DNA of 64,000 nucleotides from Minisyncoccota bacterium (GTDB taxonomy: Bacteria > Patescibacteriota > Minisyncoccia > Phycocordibacterales > GCA-2401445): the NCBI GenBank assembly GCA_040879725.1, contig JBBDJV010000015.1:32127-96126 (forward strand), read 5' to 3'. Each line of letters begins with the position of its first letter. The stretch's first letter is position 1. The translations under genes and the position numbers were made by a program. Positions 19,757 through 29,320 of this stretch are shown in pieces. The notes below the pieces were generated by a model. That model ran no database searches, had not been told where the DNA came from, and worked only from the letters and a program-made list of their open reading frames with translations.

Positions 19757-21082
19757 ATGGCAAAAGCACAAATTTTCGCAAAAAACCTGGAGGTTACATA
19801 TAACGAAGGAAAGTCCAATGAATTCAAAGCATCTCGTGATTTGAACGTGGAAATTTTTGCTGGAGAATACATTATTCTTTTCGGTCCGTCTGGATGCGGA
19901 AAGTCAACACTACTCTACTCAATCCTTGGAGCACTTCCACCTTCTCGGGGCCAAATGCTCGTAAAGGGAGACGATATATATAAGTATGAACAGGATCAGT
20001 TGGTTAATTTCCAAAGAAATGTTATCGGGATTATGTATCAGGCTTTTAACCTTATTCCGTCTATCAGCGTGCTCGATAATGTAGTACTTCCGCAAATATT
20101 TGCATCAGTAGATAAAGCACGGAGAGATAACCGGGGGAGAGATTTGCTTAGGCGCTTTGGTGTGGATCATATTGCAAACAAACTTCCAACAAACCTATCA
20201 GGAGGACAGATGCAACGTGTGGCTGTAGCTCGTTCACTGGTAAATGACCCAGAGATTCTCTTAGCTGATGAGCCGGTAGGTAACTTGGACAGTATTTCCG
20301 CGGAGCAGGTTATGAACACTCTTGAGCAGATTAATTTGAATGATAAAAAAACTGTTATTTTGGTTACTCACGATGCGAAATATTTACCCTATGCGCACCG
20401 CGTGTACTATTTGCGTGATGGTAAAAATGAACGAGAGGTGCCAAATCCAGAAAAAAAGCAAATTAAAAAAGTAGAGGCTGGTAAAACTATAACCACTGAA
20501 ATTGAAAAGCTGGCTCGTATGTATCCGTATTCTTCTATTGAAGAACTTCGAGTAAAAAGCCTGGTTAATTATCTTATCGAAGATATTGACTTTGATCAGC
20601 TTGTTATTCTTGAAAAAGCGGTAGAAGATGTGATCAAGGGGAGAATGGGTGATAATCGATTTCTCGATATTTTAAATAAGCGCATAGGAGAGGGTGGGGT
20701 TGGTTTTAGTAAAGCTCGTTCAGAGATGATAACAAAAAAGATTTTCACTATAATGGAAGAGTCTCGAGATATAACCCGCTTTAGGTCAACTATTGATATG
20801 GATTTAGGTTATTACTACCAGTCAAGATTTGTTGAACGACTCAAAAAGTATACCCTCAGTGAAGTTAAAATAAAGTTAAGCAAAGAACAACATGAGCGAT
20901 TAGATGACTTTATCTCAGATAGACTTACAGGACTAACTCGTCGGCATGAATTTCTACTTGCGCTTGATAAGCCTGTGAAAGAGGGTGGTTTAGGTCTGAA
21001 CAAAAAGGCTTCTGCTCTTATTTCACGACATATTGAAAAACTACTTGCACAGGGAGTAAGCTATATAATCGCAAAACACTAA
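19757..21082 (+). CDS. ABC transporter ATP-binding protein (LolD/MacB-like) with ~200-aa C-terminal extension
   Basis: Walker A GPSGCGKS, signature LSGGQMQR, Walker B ILLADEP, H-loop VTHD. Start chosen at MAKAQ, just after the upstream stop. Confidence 0.9.
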   Translation: MAKAQIFAKNLEVTYNEGKSNEFKASRDLNVEIFAGEYIILFGPSGCGKSTLLYSILGALPPSRGQMLVKGDDIYKYEQDQLVNFQRNVIGIMYQAFNLIPSISVLDNVVLPQIFASVDKARRDNRGRDLLRRFGVDHIANKLPTNLSGGQMQRVAVARSLVNDPEILLADEPVGNLDSISAEQVMNTLEQINLNDKKTVILVTHDAKYLPYAHRVYYLRDGKNEREVPNPEKKQIKKVEAGKTITTEIEKLARMYPYSSIEELRVKSLVNYLIEDIDFDQLVILEKAVEDVIKGRMGDNRFLDILNKRIGEGGVGFSKARSEMITKKIFTIMEESRDITRFRSTIDMDLGYYYQSRFVERLKKYTLSEVKIKLSKEQHERLDDFISDRLTGLTRRHEFLLALDKPVKEGGLGLNKKASALISRHIEKLLAQGVSYIIAKH

Positions 21083-21083
21083 T

Positions 21084-22292
21084 ATGCAACTCATTGACCT
21101 CGCAAAACTTTCAACTCGTATGTTTAAAACCAACCCGGCTCGTACATGGCTGACTATTTTAGGTATGGGTGTGGGTACTGGAGCGGTGGTGGTGCTGGTG
21201 GGATTGGGTTTTGGTTTGCAGGGAGTATTGCTCGAGCAGATTGTGTTCGGAGAAACACTGCTTTCGCTTAACGTTTCAAGCCCTACCTCTGATACGGTTA
21301 AGTTAAACGATGAAGCGATTGAAGAATTTTTTGCAATAGAAAATGTTCTCGATGTTTCTCCGAGAGCGAGTTTTCCCGCGTCGGTTACGTACGGTGATCT
21401 AACGGGGAATATTTTCTTAGAGGGGTTAAACCCCGCGTATGTTCGGTATACTGGTACACAAGCAGAAGCAGGAGAAGTGTTTACGGAAGAAACAAGAGCA
21501 GAAGATCAGAAAAGTGTTCTTCTCACACAGTCAGTACTAAAGCTTTTTGGTGTCGAAACACCAGAGGAAATTATCGGAGAGTCCGTAACGTTTAGAATTT
21601 TTCTTGAAACTGGCGTGGGTGAGGTTGCCAGAGAGGTTATACTTCGCGATAAATATATTGTAAAAGGAGTAACTAACGATGCAACGTCGCTTTCGGCGCA
21701 AATGCTTATGGAAGAGCTCGAACAGCATGTTGGAATTGAGCTTTATGATCGTGCCCAAGTGCGCGTTTCAAAAACTGACTTTCTCACCCCTACTACGGAC
21801 GCACTTATTGAAATGGGTTTTAATGTAACTGCGCTATCCAAGACAGTGGAACAGGCAACAAAGATTTTCCAAGGAGTGCAAGCCGTTCTCGCATCATTTG
21901 GCGGTATAGCGCTCATTGTGTCTGCAATCGGAATGTTTAACACCATGACCGTTACGCTCCTTGAGAGAACGGGAGAAATTGGAATTATGCGTACCATCGG
22001 TGCGTCGTCTCTTGATATTAAGATTTTATTCGTTTCGGAAGCGGTTATTGTAGGTTTTTTGGGAGGGCTTATGGGTATAGCCATAGGTATGGGTATTGGG
22101 ATTACGTTAAATACAGGTATAAATATTCTAGCAAGCCAGTTCGGTGGTGTTGCAGTGAAGCTTTTTCGGTTTCCGTTTTGGTTCCTCGCATTTATTTCTA
22201 CATTCTCAGGAATTGTTGGTTTTATGACGGGTATTTTCCCAGCACGGCGGGCGGCAGGACTTAATCCACTCGATGCTATTCGTTACAAGTAA
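21084..22292 (+). CDS. MacB/FtsX-family ABC permease
   Basis: RTWLTILGMGVG first TM, periplasmic domain, LERTGEIGIMRTIGA motif, C-terminal PARRAAGLNPLDAIRY. Confidence 0.9.
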   Translation: MQLIDLAKLSTRMFKTNPARTWLTILGMGVGTGAVVVLVGLGFGLQGVLLEQIVFGETLLSLNVSSPTSDTVKLNDEAIEEFFAIENVLDVSPRASFPASVTYGDLTGNIFLEGLNPAYVRYTGTQAEAGEVFTEETRAEDQKSVLLTQSVLKLFGVETPEEIIGESVTFRIFLETGVGEVAREVILRDKYIVKGVTNDATSLSAQMLMEELEQHVGIELYDRAQVRVSKTDFLTPTTDALIEMGFNVTALSKTVEQATKIFQGVQAVLASFGGIALIVSAIGMFNTMTVTLLERTGEIGIMRTIGASSLDIKILFVSEAVIVGFLGGLMGIAIGMGIGITLNTGINILASQFGGVAVKLFRFPFWFLAFISTFSGIVGFMTGIFPARRAAGLNPLDAIRYK

Positions 22293-22396
22293 ACGTTGTA
22301 CACAGGTTGTTTGCTTTTAAGAGACAAAAGTTATGTATAATAAGAGCAAGACGCATTTAGTGTCATTTTCTTTACAATAAACATCGTGCGATATAT

Positions 22397-24229
22397 ATGC
22401 ATATAATTAAAAGATTTAACAAAGCACAAGCTACTGCAGGAAAGGTAACTATCGTTACTGTTCTCGCGGGGATAATGGTTTTTGCCGCCTTTTATGTGCT
22501 TAACCTCGACGAACACACCGTTCCCAAGGTTGAAGCTCAAAGTAATGCAACTACTTCCGTGGAAGTCCTTAACACTCCACCTGATTGGACTGTTGATGCG
22601 GAAGAAGGTGCGGAATCATCTATCACAAATCCTACTAACTCAGGGGATGCTGTTTCGTGGGTAGCAACAGGAACCGACGCTAACGGAGAAGATTATTACC
22701 TTCTTATCTGTAATGCGTCTTCTACACCGATTGCTAATTCAAACGCTGCTCCAGAATGTACTGGTGGAACTCAGTGGGCAGTTTCAACCTCTACCGCAAG
22801 TGGTCAGCCGGCAAGTGTCTCAACTACCACAGCAGAAGCATGGGATGAGAGCAATGACTGGTATGCGTATATTTGTGATGATAATACAAGTACACCACGG
22901 TGTAATGCTGCACATCGACAAGGAAGTGGCTCGACAGCATCTCCGTTTTTAGTAAACCACAGACCAACTTTTTCACTGTTTAGCGATAGTTCACCAACTC
23001 TTCCTGGTGCTGTAATTACATGGCACTCAACATCAACTGACTCTGACATCGAGGGTGGAGCTGACACTCTTATACTTCATGTATGTAAAGAAGCAGACTT
23101 TACCGGCACAGAATGTGGTGCGGGAGGTTTCTGGGCTTCAACAACACTTACCTATACAGCAGACACTGCCGCAAGTACAACGCTTCCAGTTCCATTGCAA
23201 GACGATGATTATGAAGCATACGGGTATGTTGTTGACAACCACGGTCACGCAGCAACAGGTGGGCAGCAAGGAGCCGACTCTGTTCTAACTGTCGCAAATG
23301 CTACCCCTACGGTTAGCTCGGGTACTATCAATATTAACGGATTAGCTGACCTTGAGCTTGCGATTGCGGGAGGAGAAACTGAAAACTTCACACTTTCATT
23401 TGCTGTAAGTGATGGAAATAGCTGTGTTGCGAATGCATCTACTACGTATGAAGTGGCAACTGTTTCTGCAGACTTCTATCGCTCAGGAGTTACAGCTGCG
23501 AGCTGTAATTCTGCAGGCGATTATGATCCGAATAACTGCTATACTGGAACAGTAGCTACAACAACATGGAATTTGGTTTGTACACAAGATAATACATCAT
23601 GTGGAGGTCCTGATGACTCAACAGTTACGTGGAGCTGTACGTTCCCTCTATGGTTCCTCGCTGATGCAACTGATGCAGGAAGTTTCTATGCGGCGGAAGA
23701 TTGGAGAGCTACAGTAACTGCTACAGATGATAATTCTTCCGCAAGTACTCCAACAGAAAGTGCTGGTGGACAAGATGTCCTCCAACTTATGTCTTTCGTT
23801 CTTAATACTTCTGATATTCCATACGGAGCCCTAGAGCCAGGTCAGACAACAGAGGATTTGATCGCAACAACAACGATTGCTGCAAATGGTAATGTTGGCC
23901 TTGACCAAAACCTCTATGGAGAACATATGTGTCCAGGGTATAGTGGTCAAGGAACATGTCCATTCCAAAGTCCAGCTACCTCTTCAATCCATGCTGATAA
24001 CCAAAAATTCGGAACAACAACCACTGGATATGTAGATAATGATGCGTATGCTCTGGCTACAACAACTCAAGAGCTTGAGCTAAACCTTGCTAAAACAATA
24101 AGTACATCAACACTCTCTGAGGCAGATATTTACTGGGGTATTGGTATCCCTGGTACTATTACTTTCGCTGGTGAATATTTCGGAGAAAATACATTCCAAA
24201 TGGTTACTTCGGAATCTGCTGAGTGGTAA
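22397..24229 (+). CDS. Secreted Cys/Thr-rich surface protein sharing the giant protein's C-terminal domain
   Basis: Signal/TM segment, many paired Cys; C-terminal ~300 aa aligns by eye with the giant's C-terminus (FYRSGV/IYRTGV, ADATD/ADPTD, NQKF, IYWG). Confidence 0.8.
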   Translation: MHIIKRFNKAQATAGKVTIVTVLAGIMVFAAFYVLNLDEHTVPKVEAQSNATTSVEVLNTPPDWTVDAEEGAESSITNPTNSGDAVSWVATGTDANGEDYYLLICNASSTPIANSNAAPECTGGTQWAVSTSTASGQPASVSTTTAEAWDESNDWYAYICDDNTSTPRCNAAHRQGSGSTASPFLVNHRPTFSLFSDSSPTLPGAVITWHSTSTDSDIEGGADTLILHVCKEADFTGTECGAGGFWASTTLTYTADTAASTTLPVPLQDDDYEAYGYVVDNHGHAATGGQQGADSVLTVANATPTVSSGTININGLADLELAIAGGETENFTLSFAVSDGNSCVANASTTYEVATVSADFYRSGVTAASCNSAGDYDPNNCYTGTVATTTWNLVCTQDNTSCGGPDDSTVTWSCTFPLWFLADATDAGSFYAAEDWRATVTATDDNSSASTPTESAGGQDVLQLMSFVLNTSDIPYGALEPGQTTEDLIATTTIAANGNVGLDQNLYGEHMCPGYSGQGTCPFQSPATSSIHADNQKFGTTTTGYVDNDAYALATTTQELELNLAKTISTSTLSEADIYWGIGIPGTITFAGEYFGENTFQMVTSESAEW

Positions 24230-24340
24230 AATAGACTTTGCTCTCCACAGAATATCTCCTTATTTTTCTTGCGAAATCTAGCATAAGCGGTATGATAGGT
24301 ATACACAGGCATAGTCTGGCTTGTTTGTACTTGGCCTATA

Positions 24341-25276
24341 ATGAAAATTTCTAAAAAACTGGCATATACTCTTGTTCTTGTAATTTTTCTGTGTGCACCG
24401 TTTTTCCTGCATGCGAGTTTTGGTATTACGCCACCATACGTAAAGAATACAAGCTTAACTCGTAACTCTGAGTTTACACAGAAAATTACGTTAGTGCGCG
24501 GTGATCCAGTTTCTGACCTGAAGGCGGAGCTCACTATGGATGTTCCTGGAGCAAATGACTGGATCACCATAGATAAAGGTATGACCTTTTTGTTACCTAA
24601 AGGGGAGCAGAAGGTACCTATGTATGTTACTGTAAAAATTCCCGATGGAGCTCGTTTTCAAAAATATAAAGGTAACATCCGTATACGAACATCTCCGGCA
24701 GACGGGGAGAGAAGTGGTGGTGGAGCCGTGTCCATTGCTCTCGGTGCACAAATCGATGTTGACTTTGATGTTATAGATAGAAAAATTTTTGACTTTAGAG
24801 TAAGAAAGATAGCAATTGAAGATGTTGCTGAGGGGCACTCACTCGCATGGTTATATTTTCCCGGGAAAATTAATTTCAAAATCTCACTTGAAAATACCGG
24901 TAACATAGATGTCGCACCTTCGAAAGTAGTCTTTGATATTTTTGATTTTAACGGGGAGACATTACTCGAAACTACAGAAAGTAAAAATAAAATAGAAAAG
25001 GTTAAGCCGTTTGAAACCAAAGAGGTTGTAGCAGAACTTCCTACTTCACTTCCAGCAGGAAGCTATTTGGTACGGTATGTAATTTATAACAATGATGAAG
25101 TGAAGCAAGAAGGGGAGCTCAATCTCTCAATAGTACCTTACGGCACACTCGCGCAAGCTGGATATGGTTTCAGTGGTCTGTCTATCCCGCATAAACTTAC
25201 GATTATTGTCCCTATAGCTGTTCTTCTTTTGTTTGTATTTTTGGTATTTAAAAAGTCTAGGAAAAGAAAAAGATAA
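24341..25276 (+). CDS. Membrane-anchored protein resembling WxL-interacting (DUF916-like)/pilus chaperone-like proteins
   Basis: Signal peptide then FGITPP; two beta-sandwich-like domains (LENTGNIDVAP), C-terminal TM and basic tail. Family resemblance is from memory. Confidence 0.55.
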   Translation: MKISKKLAYTLVLVIFLCAPFFLHASFGITPPYVKNTSLTRNSEFTQKITLVRGDPVSDLKAELTMDVPGANDWITIDKGMTFLLPKGEQKVPMYVTVKIPDGARFQKYKGNIRIRTSPADGERSGGGAVSIALGAQIDVDFDVIDRKIFDFRVRKIAIEDVAEGHSLAWLYFPGKINFKISLENTGNIDVAPSKVVFDIFDFNGETLLETTESKNKIEKVKPFETKEVVAELPTSLPAGSYLVRYVIYNNDEVKQEGELNLSIVPYGTLAQAGYGFSGLSIPHKLTIIVPIAVLLLFVFLVFKKSRKRKR

Positions 25277-25282
25277 TTAACG

Positions 25283-26416
25283 ATGAATAGAATATTCTTT
25301 TCTATTACTTTGTTTTGTATCTCATTTGGGCTACTATACCCGTTTTCTTTGAGTGCGATAACGATAGGAGTTGCCTCCACAACAATCAGAGTTTCTATTT
25401 GTGGCGACGGAATAGTTAATCAAGGGGAAGACTGTGATCCTCCCGGATCAGGAAATTACAGTACGAGTATTGCTGGCAGGGAGTGTAACTCGCTGTGTGA
25501 GTGGGCGCCGTACTGTGGAGATAGTGTCGTGCAAACAAGTTTCGGAGAAGAATGTGATGACGGAAATAATACCTCAAAAGATTTTTGTTCCGCTGAGTGT
25601 CTTGCTGAGGAAATTGTATTAAATACTGGTGGTGGAGGAGGAGGGGGAGGTGCGGGTATTTTCCCAGGAGGAAGTTTTGCTCCACCTTCAAACTCAGACG
25701 TTACTATAACTGGTAAAGCGTATCCAAACTCCACTGTTACTATCCTTAAAGACGGAGAGGTTATTGGTGAGGTAGCTACAGATAGTAATGCAGATTTTTT
25801 ATTCACAACAAGTGGTATCACTCCGGGAACCGCAACATTCGGTTTTTGGGCAGAAGATAGCAAGGGGCTACGTTCTATTTCCTATACTACGACCTTTGAG
25901 GTTATCCAAAGTGCAGTAACAACTGTTTCCGGAGTATATCTTCCACCAACAATACGAGTTGAACCTCGTTCCCTTGATCGAGGAGACACACTTACTATTG
26001 ATGGAACTTCAGTTCCAGATGCTGTTATTACTGCCCAAATAAGTGGAGATGATGAGTACTTGGAAACAGTAACTGCGGAAACAGACGGTTCTTGGGAGCT
26101 TTTGTTTGATACATCACCGATACCAAACGATTCTTATACTGCTCGTGCGTCTTTCAGACGAAGTGACACAAACGGATTAACAATTGAAAGTGGTTTTGGG
26201 CAAGCACTTTCATTTTTTGTGGGAGTCGATGCGGTACCCGATACCGGACCCTCAGACCTAAACCTTGATGGGAGAATAAATATTGTGGACTTTTCCATTA
26301 TGCTTTTTCATTGGGGAACAGACGGAGCCGGTTCAAGCCCATCGGCTGACATAAATGGAGATGGAAGAGTAAACTTAACAGACTTTTCCATTATGATTTT
26401 CAACTGGACGGGATAG
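25283..26416 (+). CDS. Secreted protein with Myxococcus-type Cys-rich repeats, Ig-like domains and a C-terminal dockerin-like domain
   Basis: CGDG...EDCD and CGD...EECDDGN repeats, poly-Gly linker, duplicated Ca-binding dockerin motifs DLNLDGRINIVDF and DINGDGRVNLTDF. Confidence 0.8.
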   Translation: MNRIFFSITLFCISFGLLYPFSLSAITIGVASTTIRVSICGDGIVNQGEDCDPPGSGNYSTSIAGRECNSLCEWAPYCGDSVVQTSFGEECDDGNNTSKDFCSAECLAEEIVLNTGGGGGGGGAGIFPGGSFAPPSNSDVTITGKAYPNSTVTILKDGEVIGEVATDSNADFLFTTSGITPGTATFGFWAEDSKGLRSISYTTTFEVIQSAVTTVSGVYLPPTIRVEPRSLDRGDTLTIDGTSVPDAVITAQISGDDEYLETVTAETDGSWELLFDTSPIPNDSYTARASFRRSDTNGLTIESGFGQALSFFVGVDAVPDTGPSDLNLDGRINIVDFSIMLFHWGTDGAGSSPSADINGDGRVNLTDFSIMIFNWTG

Positions 26417-26471
26417 GTGTGCATAATCTTTTATAACGAAGCGTGTACCACATGCTATACTCAATAGTACA

Positions 26472-27536
26472 ATGGTGATGAATTGGAAAACTTTTTTGGT
26501 GCGAGTGATAAGTACTTCTGTATTACTTTTTTTTATTTTGCCTGGGTTGGTTGATGCATCTCTTTTATACCTTGATCCTACCGGAGCTGAGTATAGAAAA
26601 GGAAGTACGTTTGTAGTGACCGTTCGGCTTGATCCTGAAGGAGAGTGTGTAAATGCTGTTAATGCTGTTATTACCTACCCAACAGAGGAGCTTACTGCTT
26701 TTGATGTATCACGAAGTGGTTCTATTCTTTCGCTCTGGGTTGAAGAGCCATATATAGATGAAGTAAATGGAAAGATTTATTTCCAGGGAGGTATTCCAAA
26801 TGGATACTGTGGGAGAATAGACGGCGATCCAGGCAATACGAATATTATTGGTAGAATTGCTTTCAGGAAACCCGGTGGTCTGAGTGTTGGGGGAGCGAGT
26901 GAGGGAGGAGTGCTTGAGGTAGCTTTTGATGAAGAAGAAAGTGAAGCGCTTGCAAATGATGGCCGAGGTACACCAACAGACCTTACATTTCAGAATGGAA
27001 CATACATAATTTCTCCTGACGCTCCTCTAACTGATGATAGCGTGTGGTTTAACGCACTTCGAGATGACAGAATTCCTCCAGAGAGCTTCACTGTCACCCT
27101 GCACACAAAAGATGATATACAGAAAGGAAAGTACTTTGTTGTTTTCTCTACAACCGATAAACAGAGTGGCTTGGATGAATATCAAATAATGGAGGAATCG
27201 ATAGATAATCCGGGTTTTGTTGAATGGAAAAAAAATACCAGAGTACTTTGGGAGCAGGCAAAAAGCCCGTATGTTTTGAAAGACCAAAATTTGAATAGCG
27301 TTATACGAGTGAAAGCAATAGACAAAGCAGGAAATGAACGTATTGCAGCATATGTCCCAGGGGAAGATGAACGACCGGCAACACAGACGTCAGGTAGTAG
27401 CATGATGACTTACGCGGGTGGAGTGTTGTTGGTACTCGTACTAATATTGATTGGTTTTATTATTAGAAAAAGGGTAAATAGGAGAAAAACATCAGTCGGT
27501 GTAGATACTCCGGGTTCAATTAATCAAGAAAAGTAA
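26472..27536 (+). CDS. Cohesin-like domain membrane-anchored protein
   Basis: Signal peptide; LYLDP...GSTFVVTVRLD...NAVNAVITYP...SILSLWVEEP...ANDGRGT cohesin-like pattern; Ig-like VKAIDKAGN; C-terminal TM. Confidence 0.7.
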   Translation: MVMNWKTFLVRVISTSVLLFFILPGLVDASLLYLDPTGAEYRKGSTFVVTVRLDPEGECVNAVNAVITYPTEELTAFDVSRSGSILSLWVEEPYIDEVNGKIYFQGGIPNGYCGRIDGDPGNTNIIGRIAFRKPGGLSVGGASEGGVLEVAFDEEESEALANDGRGTPTDLTFQNGTYIISPDAPLTDDSVWFNALRDDRIPPESFTVTLHTKDDIQKGKYFVVFSTTDKQSGLDEYQIMEESIDNPGFVEWKKNTRVLWEQAKSPYVLKDQNLNSVIRVKAIDKAGNERIAAYVPGEDERPATQTSGSSMMTYAGGVLLVLVLILIGFIIRKRVNRRKTSVGVDTPGSINQEK

Positions 27537-27538
27537 GT

Positions 27539-29272
27539 ATGAAAAAAGGTTTATTTGTGTTTATCGGTATCTGTGCTGTTTTCGTAAGTGTGCTTACCTT
27601 TCTTCCCTCGGTTGCTTACGCAGCGGGGTCACTCGTGCTTTCTCCTCCAACCGGTGTGTATACTGCTGGGAGCACGTTTACCGTTCGGGTACTTGTAAAT
27701 ACAGATGGACAAGCAATAAATGCAGCGGAAGGTGAGATTACTTTCAATCCAAGCGAGCTGTCTGTTGTGGCTGTGTCACAAGCCGGATCTATTTTTAATC
27801 TTTGGACGGTGGAGCCGACATATTCAAATGGAGCAGGAACAATTTCATTTGGTGGTGGAAGTCCGAAGGGGTACACCGGTAGCTCAGGAACGGTTATTAC
27901 TATTACGTTCCGCGCCCTGAAAGAAACCAGTGCCACAGTACGATTTTCTTCCGGGTTGATACTTGCTGCGGACGGAAAGGGTACTAATATTATTGGAGCT
28001 CTTTCTTCTGGTTCTTACACACTACAGTCAAGCAAGCAAACACCTCCTCCTGAAATTGTAGTACCTGATAATTCTCCAAGTGCTCCAGCGGTTGTTTCTT
28101 CGACACATCCGAATGAAACAAAGTGGTATCCACTTACAGACGCAAAACTTTCTTGGGAGGTACCCGACAGTGTGAGTGCGGTGCGATTACTTATCGACCA
28201 AACAGAGTATACAATTCCTACCGTATTTTACGGTGAGCCGATAAGTGAAAAGTTGATTGAAGACCTTGATAACGGCGAGTGGTATTTCCATGCACAGTTT
28301 AGGAACGCAGACGGATGGGGCAAGGTGCGACACTTTAGAATAGGAGTTGATACTGAGTTGCCGTCTTCTTTTGAAATACGCGAACCTGAAGACCGAGATC
28401 CAACCAGTCCAAACACACAACTTATTTTTGACGCTACCGATGAAGTTTCGGGTATTGCGCGATACGAAATCCAGATTGGGAATGATGAGCCGATTGTATG
28501 GATAGATACTGAAGGAGATGGTTTATATACACTTCCAACACTTCCAGCAGGAAAACATACTCTTATTGTAAAGGCATTTGATGGTGCTGATAACTATCTT
28601 GTGCAAACCAAGACTGTTACGATTGTCGCACTCGGAGCTCCTACGTTTACCGAGTATCCTGACACTATCTCAACCGATACTATTTTAGTTATGCGTGGTA
28701 CCGCTATTCCAAACAGTACTGTTACCGTGTGGACCAGACGAGGAGGAGAAGAGCCGGTTCCTTACACACTGACATCTGATGCTGATGGAGGATTTACCTT
28801 TATCTCTGATAATGAGCTCGCAAAAGGAGTTCATACATTTTGGGCAACAGTAACCGACGAGCGGGGAGCTCAGAGCGAGCCAAGTGCTGAGGTTAAGGTA
28901 GTGGTCAGAGACCCGGGGTATGTCAGAATCGGATCATTTGCTCTCAGTATTCTTTCACTTATAGTTCCATTGGTTGGTGTTATTGCGCTTCTGGTTTTCC
29001 TCTTCTGGTATACTCGCCATAAAATTATTTTGTTACGAAAGCGATTAAATAAAGAAGTGTTTGAAGCGGAAGCCGCATTACATAAAGCGTTTATCACTTT
29101 GCAGAAGGGAGCAGAGAAACAAGTGAAGGCTCTTGAGGCAGTTTCTGAGAAGCGTAAGCTTACTGCAGAGGAAAAAGATATTCTCGCAAACCTTAAAAAG
29201 AATCTGACTCAAGCGGAAAAGGCGGTCGCCAAAGAGATTGAAGATATTGAAAAGGTACTGAAGAGTAATTAA
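27539..29272 (+). CDS. Cohesin-like domain protein with Ig-like repeats, TM and cytoplasmic coiled coil
   Basis: LVLSP...GSTFTVRVLVNT...INAAEGEITFNP...SIFNLWTVEP...AADGKGT; SSTHP Ig-like module; TM; helical tail. Confidence 0.75.
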   Translation: MKKGLFVFIGICAVFVSVLTFLPSVAYAAGSLVLSPPTGVYTAGSTFTVRVLVNTDGQAINAAEGEITFNPSELSVVAVSQAGSIFNLWTVEPTYSNGAGTISFGGGSPKGYTGSSGTVITITFRALKETSATVRFSSGLILAADGKGTNIIGALSSGSYTLQSSKQTPPPEIVVPDNSPSAPAVVSSTHPNETKWYPLTDAKLSWEVPDSVSAVRLLIDQTEYTIPTVFYGEPISEKLIEDLDNGEWYFHAQFRNADGWGKVRHFRIGVDTELPSSFEIREPEDRDPTSPNTQLIFDATDEVSGIARYEIQIGNDEPIVWIDTEGDGLYTLPTLPAGKHTLIVKAFDGADNYLVQTKTVTIVALGAPTFTEYPDTISTDTILVMRGTAIPNSTVTVWTRRGGEEPVPYTLTSDADGGFTFISDNELAKGVHTFWATVTDERGAQSEPSAEVKVVVRDPGYVRIGSFALSILSLIVPLVGVIALLVFLFWYTRHKIILLRKRLNKEVFEAEAALHKAFITLQKGAEKQVKALEAVSEKRKLTAEEKDILANLKKNLTQAEKAVAKEIEDIEKVLKSN

Positions 29273-29303
29273 CAAAAATACCCCTTTAAAGGGGTATTTT
29301 TGT
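29272..29303. terminator. Bidirectional terminator-like perfect palindrome
   Basis: ACAAAAATACCCCTTT|AAAGGGGTATTTTTGT directly after the stop of the surface cluster. Confidence 0.7.
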
Positions 29304-29320
29304 GTTATCCACGGGAAAAT

